From NCBI GenBank assembly GCA_038087875.1, contig JAXLNO010000483.1:1-64000 (forward strand): a stretch of 64,000 nt of DNA, written 5' to 3'. The notes beneath the pieces are model-generated. The model was given only the letters and a program-made list of their open reading frames with translations, was not told the origin of the DNA and ran no database searches. The position numbers were made by a program, and so were the translations under genes. The stretch comes from Malacoraja senta (Eukaryota). Positions 13,378 through 26,622 of the stretch are shown one piece after another. Numbering within the stretch: position 1 is the stretch's first letter; each line of letters begins with the position of its first letter.

Positions 13378-16300
13378 AACTGAATGCTTTCTATGCTCAC
13401 TTCGAGCAGAAGGCCAACAGGGCGGTGGCACCTGGCCCTTCAGACTCCAGTGAGCCTCTCCCCAGGGTGACTGTAGCAGAGGTTAGATTGGCCTTCCTGA
13501 GTGTAAACCCACGGAAAGCAACTGGCCCAGATGGAGTTCCTGGACGTGTCCTTAGTAGCTGCGTGGACCAGCTAGTGGGAGTATTCGCAGACATCTTTAA
13601 TCACTCCCTACTCCATTCTGACGTACCCACCTGCTTCAAGAAGACCACCATCATCCCAGTGCCGAAGGAAAGCAAGACCTCATGCTTAAACAACAACCAT
13701 CCATTGGCATTGACATTCACCATCATGAAATGTTTTGAGAGGCTAGTTATGGAACACATTAAATCCAGTCTATCCAGCGGCCTCGACCCATTGCAGTTCG
13801 CCTACTGCCACAACAGGTCCACAAACGATGCCATCGCCCTAGCCCTACACTCATCCCAAGAACACCTGGATAAGAGAGACACCTACGTCAGACTCCCATT
13901 CATAAACAAAAACTCTGCCTATAATAACATACCATCCAAGCTTATCACCAAACTCACTGTACTTGGTGTCAATGGTTCAATGGTCCTTTATTGTCACGTG
14001 TACCGAGGTACAGTGAAATTTGAAAAAAAGCAACAAGATGCATAACTACATAAAGATTAAACATAGACTTAAACAGCCACCACAGTGGCGTGTGAGAATC
14101 TCCAAGGCACACAGCCATCTGTTGAATGTCCGGGCCACACACACGCTCCTTCACCGTGATGTGACCAGAGTTGTACCAACCTCTGTCACTCTCTCTGCAG
14201 TGCCTGTCCGTCCGAACAGTCAGAAAGTGTTATCACTCATCTCTGCAATTGGATCCTCAACTTCCTGACCAGCAGATCCCAATCAGTGAGGATAGAGGAC
14301 AAATCATCCTCTGCAATAATCCTCAACACGGGGGCTCAGCAAAGATACGTTCTCAGCCCCCTTCTTTACTCCTTGCACACCCACGACTGTACAGCCAAAT
14401 ATAAATCTAATTTGATTTTAAAATTTGCAGACGACACCACCATTATGGGCCGGATAGATGGAGTATAGAGTATAAGGAGATTGAGAACCTGGTGTCAAGA
14501 CAACAACCTTTCTCTCAGCGTCAGCAAGACACAGTAATCGACTCAATGAAGTAAAGCTGTACGTATATCCCAGATTGCATTGACGGTGACGAAGTAGAGA
14601 TGGTTGTAAACTTCAAATTCCTCGTAGAAGGCTAAGGAAGTTTGGCATGTCCCCCACAATTCTCACCAACGTCTACAACATCACCATAGAAAGCATTTTT
14701 TCAGGCATCACAGCGTGGTTTGGGAACGGCTCCATCTAAGACCACAAGAAATTGCAGCGAATTGTGGACGCAGCCCAAACCATCACACAAACCAACCTCT
14801 CTTCTATTGACTACATTTATACCATGCTACTTTGGCAAGGCCAGCAGCATAATCAAGGACGAGTCGCACGCTGGCCTCTCCCTCTTCTCTCCTCTTCCAT
14901 CAGGCAAAAGGTATAGAAGAGTGAAAACGCACACCTCCAGATACAGGGACAGTTTCTTCCCAGCTGTTATCGGGCAACTGAATCATCCTACCATAACCAA
15001 AGAACAATGCTGAACTACTATCTACCTTTTTAGTGATCCTCGGACTTTCCTTGATCAATCCCTGCTGACTTTACCTTGCACTAAATATTATCCCCTTATC
15101 ATGTATCTATACAATGTAAATGACTCAATTGTAATCATGTATTGTCTTTCTGCTGACTGGATAGCACGCAACAAAAGCTTTTCACTGTACCTCGGTACAC
15201 GTGACAATAAACTAATCTAAACTAACTAATGTCAGGCAGGAAAATATAGTCATCCTGCTTCAATAGTCAGAAGTGAAGTATACTTCAGGTGAAATATATT
15301 TCAGGCGTTATAGTGGGAAAGCATACTTCAAAACCTTGTCATCTGTGCATGCATCAAGAAAAAATGCATTTTGTGTTGACTCATTTACTTTTTCTCCACT
15401 CAAATTCTGTGAGATTAATTTTATTTTGCATCTCAAATTTTTAGTCGTAATATTGTGAATCCTCCAAGGTTGTATTTCCATAATCCAAATGGCCATAACA
15501 TGTGGCTCATCTGTGTAGGACTTGCAACATGTTTGTGGGTATTTTCACCCTAATTATATGCACTTCTAGGAGAAGAAAATGCCATCGTAATATGCTGAAC
15601 ATTGCGATAATGTTTAATGCAATAACCACTTGTTTCCTGACTGTTGTTTCACTGCTTCCATATCAATAAACATTTTGGACCCCAGTTTGATATGAACAAA
15701 TAATTGAATAATACATTTATAAGTTAGTTGCTAAACTAGATAGTTTACTACAAGCACCAAACTGTTATAACACCACCTTTAAAATGACAGGTAAATGAAT
15801 GTTATATGCAACTTGATAATCTACATTTTTGAGTGATTAGGATTTTAAGAGCTGATTTACAAATTTATGATATAACAAATGAATAACAATCTATTATGAA
15901 TTTGTAATGGAAACAGTATATGTATGTGGATTAAACTTATTATATGGTAATCATGGGAATAAGATCTGAATGATTTAACATAGTTTCAAAGATATATTGA
16001 TGACAACAAAATATAAAACACCGTCAAATCTCATATCAATAAGATGAATTGTATATCATCAGTGTACATAAGAATATTATCATTTTGCTGCCATGCATGG
16101 CAGAGATGCATGGGAATAGAAAGCATTATTGTGTGCAAAGACACTTCCTGAAGGTCAATGAAATGTCTCGTTAAGGAGACAATTTCTGCGACCCAAAGAT
16201 GAGGGAATCAAAACAAAGACTTCCCAGATTTGGAATGCCAGCCAGGCAATTATGCCTGTGTTGGGGAAATTTATCACAGTGAGAAAATAAATAAGGTACA

Positions 16301-17611
16301 TGAATGAAATAGACACAACTATTTTAAAAATATGTCTGGAGAATGAAGTACTTCTGACTGGATTCAGAGTGATGTTTTGGATGTTCATTCATAGAGACTA
16401 CAGAAATCTTAAGGGATAATTATGCTACAGGAGCAGAGTTCATGTCATGAGAAAGCAATGATAGTTATAGAATGGTAGCGAAAGAATATATATTTCTTGA
16501 GCAGTTACAAAATTTACAAAGAACAAATTTACAACTCCTAGCAGTGATCTTCACTCTACCGGATTTCCCATTGGAAGTGAAGGTCAACAGTTGGTGCTGT
16601 TTAATGAATGGCACACCCTGTGGTACATACTGATATCCGAAAACCACTTCAGAAGATACCTCCCATACCCCCCTCCCTAGCATGGCTCTGGCACAGGATA
16701 GCAAATACAAAATATTGAACCTAAGGTGATTTGGAATTTCAGAAACCATTTGATAAATTATTTATTCACTATTATAGACAAGATGCTATGTCTATATCAA
16801 AAGTTGGATTTATATTAGAAATCTGGGGAGAAAAAAATCATTTGATAGGGGAAGTTCTGAAATAAGTATATTTGGGTACATTTCTAAATGTGGATTTGGG
16901 GGAAAGTGCTGTGCTTTCAGTATTAATGGTGCTGAATATGTTGGGCACGAAAATATGGTCATCCGGTTCCAGTATTCAGTAGTTGGACCAACAATATATT
17001 TTATTTGCGACATTTCTATCCTAAAAATATATGCGTAGGCCCTTGCCAATGACACCCAGTTACTCCAAAGGAATGAAATGAAAGGACAAAAAGAGTCCCC
17101 CTTGTCCTCACCTTCCATCCCATCAGCCGTCGCTTACAACATATAATCCTCCAACATTTTCGCCACCTCCAACGGGATCCCACTTGCTATTTGTAATATT
17201 TAGTGATAGAACGGTGGGTTCTTGCTGTTTTTTCTCCCCCATCTTTCATTTTAATGGATGACACACCCTGTGGTCCATATTGATTTCTGTAAACCATAAG
17301 TTCACATTATAGGAGTAGAATTAGGCCATTTGGCCCATCGAGTCTATTCAGCCATTTAATCATTTTCCCCATTTTCCTGTCTTCTCCCTCGACACCCGTT
17401 TTAATCAAAGATTTGAAAATCAAGACATCCACTTCAGAAGAAATTCCCCCCACCCTACATTTATAATGCTTTCACGTTCAAAATGTAAGGATCATGTTGG
17501 ATTCTATTATAACCTGAACAGTTTTCAATTTGGATGAATACAAGAAAACCTAAAATATGCATCAGTTCAAGTGATTTCAGCTTGATTGCGTTAGAGATAG
17601 GTGCAAACAAT

Positions 17612-19570
17612 GTGTAAGAAAGAACTGCAGATACTGGTTTAAATCGAAGGTAGACACAAAATGCTGGATTAACTCAGCGGGTGAGGCAGCATCTCTGCAG
17701 AGAAGGGATGGGTGACGTTTCGGTTGAGACCCTTCTTCAGACTGATGTCAGGGGAGGGGGGGGGACAAAGATAGAATATAGGCGGAGACAGTAAGACTAG
17801 TGGGAGAACTGGGAAGGGGATGGAGAAAGAAAGCAAGGGCTATCTGAAGTTAGAGCGGTCAATGTTCATATCGCTGGAGTGTAAACTACCCAAGCAAAAT
17901 ATGAGGTGCCGTTCCTCCAATTTTCACTGGGCCTCACTCTGACAATGGAGGAGGCCCAGGACAGAAAGGTCAGATTGGGAATGGGTGGGGGAGTTGAAGT
18001 GCTGAGCCACCGGGGGATCAGGTAGGTTAAGACGGACTGAGCGGAGGTGTTCAGTGAAATAATCGCCGAGCCTGCGCTTGGTCTCGCCGATGTAGAGATG
18101 TTGACACCTGGAACAGCGGATACAGTAGATGAGGTTAGGGGAGGAACCTCTGCCTCACCTGGAAAGACTGTTTGGGTCCTTGGATAGAGTCAAGGGGAGA
18201 GGTAAAGGGACAGGTGTTGCATCTCCTGCAGTTGCAGGTGAAAGTACCAGTGGAGGGGGTGGTTTGGGTTGGAAGGGACGAGTTGACCAGGGAGTTTCGG
18301 AGGGAACGGTCTCTGTGGAAAGCAGAAAGGGGTGGAGATGGGAAGATGTTGCGATTAGAGGGATCCCGTTGGAGGTGGCGAAAATGTTGGAGGATTATAT
18401 GCTGTATGCGATGACTGATGGGGTGGAAGGTGAGGACAAGGGTGACTCTGTCCTTGCTACGAATGGGGGGAGGGGGAGTAAGAGCGGAGCTGCGGGATAT
18501 CGAGGAGACCCTAGTGAGAGCCTCATCTATAGTGGAAGAGGGGAACCCCTGTTTCCTAAAGAATGAGGACATCTCCGATGCCCTGGTATGGAACACCTCA
18601 TCCTGGGTGCAGATGCGGCGTAGACAGAATTGGGAGTAGAGGATAGAGTCTTTACAGGAAGCAGGGTGGGAAGAAGTGTAGTCAAGATAGCTATGGGAGT
18701 CAGTAGGTATGTCGTAGATGTCGGTCAATAGTCTGTTTCCTGTGATGGAGACGCTGAGATTCAGAAACGGAAGGGAGATGTCGGAGATGGTCCAAGTGAA
18801 TTTGAGTGCAGGATGAAAATTAGTGGTGAAGTTGATGAAGTCAGTGAGTTCTGCATGGGTGCAGAACTGCAGTCGTCAATGTAGCGGAGGTATAGTTCGG
18901 GGATAGGGCCAGTGTACGCCTGGAACAGGGATTGTTTGACGTACCCAACAAAGAGGTAGGAATAGCTGGGGCCCATGCGAGTGCCCATACGCCTTGGATT
19001 TGGAGGAAGTAGGAGGAGTCGAAGGAGAAGTTATTGAGGGTAACGACCAGCTCTGCTAGGCGGAGGAGAGTATTAATAGACAGAAATTGGCTGGTTCTGT
19101 GGTCGAGGAAGAAACGGAGGGCTTTAAGACCCTCCTGGTGGGGGATGGAGGTGTAGAGCGTCTGGACATCCATAATCAAGAAGAGGGAGTGGGGGCCTGG
19201 AAAACGGAAGTCATTGAGGAGACGAAAAGCTTGTGTGGTGTCATGGACATAGGTAGGGAGGAATTGGACCAAGGGGGATAGGATGGAGTCAAGATATGTG
19301 GAAATTAATTTGGTGGGACATGAACAAGCAGAAACAATGGGTCTGCCAGGACAGTTCTGTTTGTGGATTTTGGGGAGAAGATAAAATTGGGCCGTGTGTG
19401 TCTGGGGAACGATAAGGTTGGAGTCTTTAAAGGGCAGAGAGCCGGAAGTGATGAAATCAGTAATGGTGCTTGAGATTAAGGCCAGGTGCTCTTCTGTGGG
19501 GTCATGGTCCAAGGATAAATAGGAGGAGGTGTATGAGAGTTGTCGCCTGGCCTCAGTCCAGTAGAGGTCA
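17612..19570 (-). mobile_element. Penelope-like element, RT + GIY-YIG + 3' end (5'-truncated, frameshifted)
   Basis: FYLLPKIHK..PGRPIVS, MGTRMGPSY, YLRYIDD, CNCRRCNTC, YIGETK motifs; hammerhead-like motif at 17714-17740; imperfect TSD gYgYaaacaa. Confidence 0.92.
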
Positions 19571-19752
19571 GCGTAAACAAAGCTGCTTTTGAATGCATGT
19601 CAGCTGACTGACAAATTCACATTAATTGTAGGTATGAGGATCCTGAAGTTGCTGTCAGTTGCATGAAACAGAAGTTTTGCCAACATTACCACTGCAAAAT
19701 CTGAACCTGTACATTTCTAAACTGAAAATTGCTGACAAAGTTACCTTTAAAG

Positions 19753-19764
19753 AAAAGTTAATCA

Positions 19765-19798
<34 letters not shown>

Positions 19799-19810
19799 TG
19801 ATTAACTTTT
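19753..19810. repeat. Perfect palindrome centred on a (TA)n microsatellite
   Basis: aaaagttaatcatac-(ta)n-gtatgattaactttt. Confidence 0.9.
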
Positions 19811-20764
19811 TTTATATATAGTATGATTAACTCCTCTTAATTTCCACATATCGTGACTCCATCCTATCCCCCTTGGTCCAATTCCTCCCTACCTATTTCC
19901 AAGACACCACACAAGCTCTTCGTCTCCTCAATGACTTCCGTTTTCCAGGCCCCCACTCCCTCTTCTTGATCCCCCACGAGGAGGGTCTTAAAGGGTCTTA
20001 AAATATATATATTTTACTTTTCTTTATAGCAATACTCTGCTGAGTTACTCATTGTCATAAATTTTCCATGACTCCAAAAAATTGCCATATTTATTAGCCC
20101 TAAGTTAACTAATATTGGCAAGGATTAGACCTGATATAGTTGTTCAATTGTTTATGGACAGCATCATACATATAATATGCCTTCTTGAATAATATATTGG
20201 TGCTTGTGTTTATATTTTTAGTTTTGTGGAAAAGAGATACACTGAGTACACTGAATAATTTTGCCTCATTAATTGTGACATCGAGCAAAAATTTCTAATT
20301 GAGGAGAGGTCTTTGAAATGAAATGAATATTTGTGATTTCTGTGGAATAAATATAATTGATTTGATATGGAGTGGAACAACTCTTTGTTGCTCTAATGCA
20401 TGAAGCTATGGAATTTTAAGCAGCCACAATATTTTCTGGATTCAGTTTGTGGACAGCATCCAAACTCAGCTATAACTTTTGAAGGTACAGGTATACCGGA
20501 AGTGTGTTTGATGCTTCTCCACAGAAGGAATCTTGAGTGTGTCACCTCAGACTGCTTAACACGCAGGATGAAGGGTTACATTAATAATGCTATGGAATAG
20601 ATTGTCTGCTGTAGATGATGTTTCGCTAAGTCATTTATACATATTGGGAAAAGATGTATTGGAGAAATTAAATTAAGCTGAAAATAAGAAATATTGCAGT
20701 TAAAATAATTATTGTCAATAAAAACTACATTGCTATCTAAACATTTTAAAATTTTCCTGTGCAG

Positions 20765-20894
20765 CTTAAAGACACCAAGTCAGTCGACCAGAAGGTAACA
20801 CTGATGCACTTTTTAGCAGAGATTTCTGAAGAGAAATATCCAGATATCTTGAAATTCACAGATGAAATAAGCCACATAGAAAGTGCAAGTAAAG
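20765..20894 (+). CDS. DIAPH2: Internal coding exon of a diaphanous-related formin (FH2 domain), most similar to DIAPH2
   Basis: Acceptor ttttcctgtgcag, donor AAAG|gtatgt, 130 nt, phase 0 to 1. Translates LKDTKSVDQKVTLMHFLAEISEEKYPDILKFTDEISHIESASK, matching the FH2 segment of DIAPH1/2/3 as I recall it. LKF..E..H.ESASK favours DIAPH2 over DIAPH3; the family is more certain than the paralog. Confidence 0.85.
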
Positions 20895-22125
20895 GTATGT
20901 CTATGAATTGAGTGATGCTTATTATGATATAATCATAGAGTTGGGAGAAGAATTGTTGATGGCATTTTAAATGTGAATGAATGTTAAATTGAAACTCAAC
21001 CCGAACTTCAGAAAATCTTGTTACCCACCATTTCTGCTCAAGCATATTCTCCTTAATGTTGACATATGCAGACTAGCTTTCTGAGCACTCAGTCTCCATT
21101 GTTTCTATTACAGTGAATTAGTTACTCAAGTGTTTAGTTAACTTACAATTTTTAGGCATTTCACCAGAGCACGTAACTGTAGGCCTATTTAGGCCACAAA
21201 TATTTGTCAATGTTTTATATATATTATATCTGGGAGCAATTAAACAAAAACAATGTTTTAAACTTTCATATAGCCGTATTGAATTATCATCTGTAGTCTG
21301 TAAACTAATCAGGCACATACAATAATAAATATCACCAGTGATGCATACATTTAAGATTCTTTACTTGTATTGCTGACATTTACCATTTTATAGAATTATT
21401 GTTCTATGCATTAATGTACGTTATTATTATTTTTTATTTGATTGGTTATTCAGTATACATAACTATTGAAACATTACTCATGCATTCAGCAGCATCAATT
21501 GAATCGCAGTTTACTCATTTTATGATGTTGCACAAGGCTCGTAGGGTCCTTGGACGTCCTGGAATTTGAAGCTTTTTCAAGGCCTTAAGTCCTTGGATTT
21601 ATCATAGGTCCTTGAAAGTCCTTAAGAATTCACTTCTTATAATAAAAGTATTAATTCATGCTGAGTTATGTGGCGTTTTTCCATCAAGTTTATGCGTATT
21701 TTATTAAAAGTTCGGGAAACATTGTTAGATATGTTTGCTAACGACGTCCCCTGTTGGAGGGAGGGTAGGAGCACTAGTACCCAGCAGAGTCAGACCACGT
21801 GCTGTCTGCATCATGGAGGTTGTGGGCCTGGTGCCTGGAATCTGGTGAGGTGATGGCTCTGGCCCGCCGGTGGAGAGGCGAGGGTCGACGGAGTGGGTAT
21901 GTGTGGGAGTGTCTGTGTGTGTATGAGAGTGTGTGTGAGTGTTTGTGTGGGCACAGAGCTGCGGGAGAGTCGGGGTGAGTTGGTGCCGGGCCGGCACCTC
22001 TGTAAAAATACATGATCACCGTCCTTTTCTTTACTTGCTTGATAATTATATTTCATTATAATTAGTGAGTGCAACCGTGCAATATTTTGTCATTTCATTA
22101 AATTTTCTTTAAGTATTAAGTATTA

Positions 22126-22719
22126 CGGGCCTGTCCCACTTAGGCGATTTTTTCAGCGACTGCTGGCGACTGTCATAGTCGTAGCATGTGCGCCGAAAAT
22201 CTGGCGACTGGACCCCCCCTACGACAATGCCTACAACAACCTACCACCTAGTCGACATCAAGCTCCGGCAAGCTACCGACAACCAGCGACCCATTAGGAC
22301 GTCCACCTATGACCACACCTACAACAACCTATGTCCACCCGCGACAAGCTACGACAAGGTTCGACCCTGTCGGCGCCAACTGAAGACAACTTAAGACAAT
22401 TCAGTCGCTGGTACATGTCGCCGATTGACGTAGGTAGTCGCCTATAGAATTCACCGAAGTCAGCACCGGCGACAACCTACATCATCCTGGTGACAACCTA
22501 CAACAGCGCCTACGTCAGGAGAAGTCAAGCTAACTGTCGCCGACAGTCGCCGAAAAGTTTTGAACATTTCAAAATCCAGCGGCGACCAGAAAAACGCTAC
22601 GATTCTTTGGCCGACTGAGGAGACTACTCACGACCATACAGGCGACACCCCGGCGACCATGTGGCGACCGCCAAGTCGCCTGTAGTCGCCTAAAAAATCA
22701 CCTAAGTGGGACAGTCCCA
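22126..22719. mobile_element. PIF/Harbinger-type MITE
   Basis: TIRs gggcctgtcccacttaggcgatttttt / aaaaaatcacctaagtgggacagtccc; TTA TSD; internal cgac-rich repeats. Confidence 0.85.
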
Positions 22720-23179
22720 TTATATGTTTTATTGTACTAGTTATACACTGAGATGTACTGATAGGCTATAATCTTGTTTGACTGTCTTTTGAGACTAGCT
22801 TGCCCTTCCCCCCCCCCCCCCCCACCCCACTAGCACTGCAACACTGGATAGCGCGGGAACTTACACGTCGGTTTGCCGTAGGCTATCAAGTTGAGGGTTT
22901 CAATGACATTTTGAAATCAAAAAAGAAGTTCCAACCTCCCATTAATGTGGGTGCATAAAACTTTATGATTTTGTTGGTTAACCTTGATTGATGGCAACAT
23001 GTTTTGTTTTGAATTTCTTCCATTTGTTTTGTGAGTTCATTAAATTTATAAAACTGACATTTCTTTATTTTTTCCCACGGACCGCAAAAATGTGCCAAAT
23101 ATATAATGGGGCCCTCATGCTGAAAAGTTTGGAGGCCCCTGTTGTAAGGTATATATATATTTTTTAAACAGTATAAATT

Positions 23180-23520
23180 AAGGGTAAACAAGCAAGGAGA
23201 TGGTGTAATTTCAAGGTATAATTATCAAACATTTCCTGTGTAAAGGATACTTCTCTCTAATTAGAGTAATCAATCAAGAAACAGGTATCATGTTACAGGT
23301 GTAGGTGTATTATAAAATATTTTCAATATGACAAGTGTAAACATGCAAGGAGTTGGTGTCATTTTAAGGTATGATTATCACAAATTTTCTGTGTAAATTA
23401 AGTGACAAGCAAGTAAAATGTGTCATTTTAAGGTACAATTTAAAAAAATTACAGTATAAATTACAGGCAAGAAAACTGTCATTTCAAGGTACAATTTTCA
23501 AAAATGTTCTGCATAAAGGG
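23180..23520. repeat. Degenerate ~60-bp tandem repeat
   Basis: Recurring gtgtcattt(c/t)aaggta(c/t)aatt...gtaaatta...caag units. Confidence 0.55.
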
Positions 23521-26500
23521 GGCGTGGCCCCCTTTTACCCCCACCAGGGGTTTTGGCCCTTGGAAGGAGCCCCTTGCAATGCCCCCTGGACCCCCATCTC
23601 TCTTCCTCTTTTTTCAGTAATTTCCTGTCTCATGCCTGATGACTACAGAGGTCAGTGCGACAGGCCTGTAGTCATTAAGACCAGTAATCCTTGTCTTTTT
23701 GGGTACAGGGACAATAGTGGAGACTTTGAAGCAGGCAGGGACAGTACAGGTTTGCAGAGACTGGTTGAAAAGCAAAGTTTTCCATTATCATGGTTTCAGA
23801 TTGAACAACTAAGAGATTGAGGAAATGGACCATCAGTGCTCTATTGAAGTACGAATATAGATGTTGTGTCTTGTGTGTTGTTATTATTATGTAGTTTAGT
23901 GTCGTTCTGTGCAACCTGGACTTGATCTGAGAAGGTGATCGGATTGACAAGATCTTAACTCCAAATTCCAATGGGCATTTGGCAATAATTCAAGCTATAT
24001 CAATGGTTCATAACTTCGAAGGAACTTTGAGTTGAAAGTAGATTTTTCTGCTGTGTTCTTTGTACCAGAGGTGTGCAAAACATGATTTTCAATCAAATCT
24101 GAGATGGTGACCAGCCAACCTTCTTACTTTTATTTGGTACAGAATCAAATCATCCAATACCAAGCAATTTATATACGTCTCCGATAAATCATCAATGTTT
24201 GCTGGATTTTGGTCCTTGAAAATAGGATTTTTGGACATTGAAAGTCCTTGAATTTATAGCTATTCCAAGGACGAACCCTGATTGCATTAATTTACCTGTT
24301 GGCTCTGAAGTTTTTTTATGTATGTGGTGAAATGTTTCAGTGTCATTTAGTAAAATCAGTCATAATCTTTTGAAACTGTATTTTCTCCATCTCCCATTTT
24401 TGCCCAATTCTCTATCCATTAGACATGTTCACAACATGAACTCACATTTATCTGATTTGCTTTCAAACTTAATATTTAACTGAATAAATCACTGAATGTG
24501 CATAGATATTTTTTACAGAACATCACGTTTCTTTCTTCAGTTTGAGAATGCATACCCTGCTTTTTAACCTAATCTAGTCAGTTATATTGTTGTGCATGTT
24601 TACACTTCATTCAATTTAGTACTCCAATAAAATCAATTGTGTGGAAACCGGGCTGAGTTATAAACAGCACTGTCCCCAAACAGGTTTTAACAGAATTTAG
24701 TGAAGAAATAGAAGAGGCATTATTACATAAATATAATGAGTTAAAAAAGATGTAGCGCCATAGAGTGAGCAGATAGCTAATATTATACCTATATTTAAGA
24801 AAGGATTCAAAACATGTCCAGTAAACTATAGAGCAGTCACTTTTATGTCAATAAAGTAAAAGATAATTGCATTTTTGCTGAAAGAAATAAGAAATTGTCC
24901 TTCTAGAAACTACATTGTATGGAATCTTTTTTTGGTGTATTCTGCAATTCAATTTCAAAAATTAATACAGGAGCTTATGATGAATTCAATGAAGACCATA
25001 TTTTTTCTTTTTGTTCTCCATATGTCAAGACACTGCATGGGCATCAACTGATGTTAATAAGTTCTAGGAGCAGAATTAAGCCATTCAGCCCATCCAATTA
25101 TGGCTGATCTATCTTACCAATCCATACCACTGGCAGTCATGCCAACACCATCCTTCATAAAGTTTCAGGCTTACATCAGGGTATACATGCATGGTCATGT
25201 AGAATTCAGCCATGTTGCCCAACAACAAGTGGCTCTCTTAAGTAATAGACTTGCCTGCTTGTTCATCAGGGCCCTCATAGCAATGTCAGGCACTTCCAAA
25301 CAGGCAACGTTTCCTCTCCTTCACCATAGCTTGTGACCTGTGCCTGACTATTCCTATCCAGCTTCCTAACTCCACAATTTCCCTCCCCCCCTCCCCCACT
25401 TCTTTGGATCCCCTCCCCGAAAATAATCCACATCGGTCATCATTCTCCACTAATCTAGTGGACTCAGCCATGGACTCTTGTGGACTCAGCATTTTGACTG
25501 CAGATTGACCCAAACTCTTCAAATCTCGAACTCACTCTTGCCCTTCTCATCCTGAACTGATGAACAATCTTCCATCCCAATCATTCACTTCACTTCTGTT
25601 TCTTATTAGCCTTGCTTGCTAACTGAGAATTGGACGGCTGATTTCTCACATAAGGTCTGTCCAGTTTTGTTTGGGCCTCATCTACTATTGCAAAATGCAA
25701 ACTGCTGGAGAAACTTAGTGGGCCAGACAGCATCTGTGAAAGAAAATGGCAGCCAATGTTTCCCTCCACAGATGTGGCATGCCACACAGAGTTCCTCCAG
25801 CAATTTGCTTTTAGTTCAAGATTCCAACATCAGCATTCTCTTATGTCCTCATGCCCAATTGAATTGTCCAGCAACGAACCTACAAAGAAGATTTGGTACA
25901 CAATGACTGTGTAACGTAGGTGGCATTCAGTTACTGGACACCTGTAATTAAAAAGACTACATCGTTTTTGAATGGGTAAGAATAATTTGACAAGCCTTCC
26001 TGAGTAGGTAGGCAATGACAATGCAGTAGATTTTATTTATTCACATTTCTAAAAGATTTTCAGTAATATTGCACAAATATGAATGAATAATTAATAAACA
26101 GTGAATATCTTAGAGAAGAAAACTGTAGCGGGGTGCATGGTTACTAGTCGTAAGACTGAAAGCAAAGAGTTGGAGTAAACTGGTAGAGGATGGAAACTGG
26201 ATTTCTTCAATTCAGTGCCCGGGTCAATTTCTAATATACAGAGAATTGTATGTGATGAGGAAAATATGTGATACTTTTAAGATAAGTAAAACTGAGAGGA
26301 GATGTTTATTATTAATTGTGGGAAGCTAGATTGGAATATATCTTACTGAGGATAAATTATTTGTAATTTTATGAATTTACCCTGGTTTGAGCTGACAACC
26401 TAGGTGTTTATCAGGATGGGACTTAAATTAACTTGAGGAGGGACTTGGCCTCTGGAAGAAGGAAGACATTGGATCTTGCAGAGTAATCAACACCTGTATG

Positions 26501-26527
26501 ATCAGTTAGCGATTGGGTAAGGATGTG

Positions 26528-26622
26528 GTCTGAAGAAGGGTTTCGGCCCGAAACGTTACCTATTTCCTTCGCTCCATAGATGCTGCTGCACCCGCTGAGT
26601 TTCTCCAGCATTTTTGAACACC
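26528..26622 (+). mobile_element. ~90-bp Penelope-end mini-insertion with hammerhead motif
   Basis: gtctgaagaagggtttcggcccgaaacgttacc...ttctccagcatttttg, the same unit as 5958-6050. Confidence 0.75.

Larger units (their letters stand above)
7941..15229 (+). mobile_element. Rex1/Babar-like LINE split by an L1 insertion (parts ~7941-8185 and 13391-15229)
   Basis: NELNAF|YAHFEQ is continuous across the L1. [28 protein letters not shown] and RYRDSFFP RT motifs; (ctaaa)-like tail. Confidence 0.85.
21533..24280. mobile_element. Non-autonomous hAT-like DNA transposon with nested inserts
   Basis: Termini caaggctcgt / acgaaccctg (imperfect CAGGGTTCGT TIR); repeated gtccttg(a/g)a subterminal motifs at both ends; flanks gttgca/attgca. 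Confidence 0.6.

Noticed and set aside
23371..23420. ITNFLCK, resembling the end of the preceding DIAPH exon
   Set aside because: It lies downstream of the real exon, inside a tandem repeat, with no donor site or GNYMN motif.
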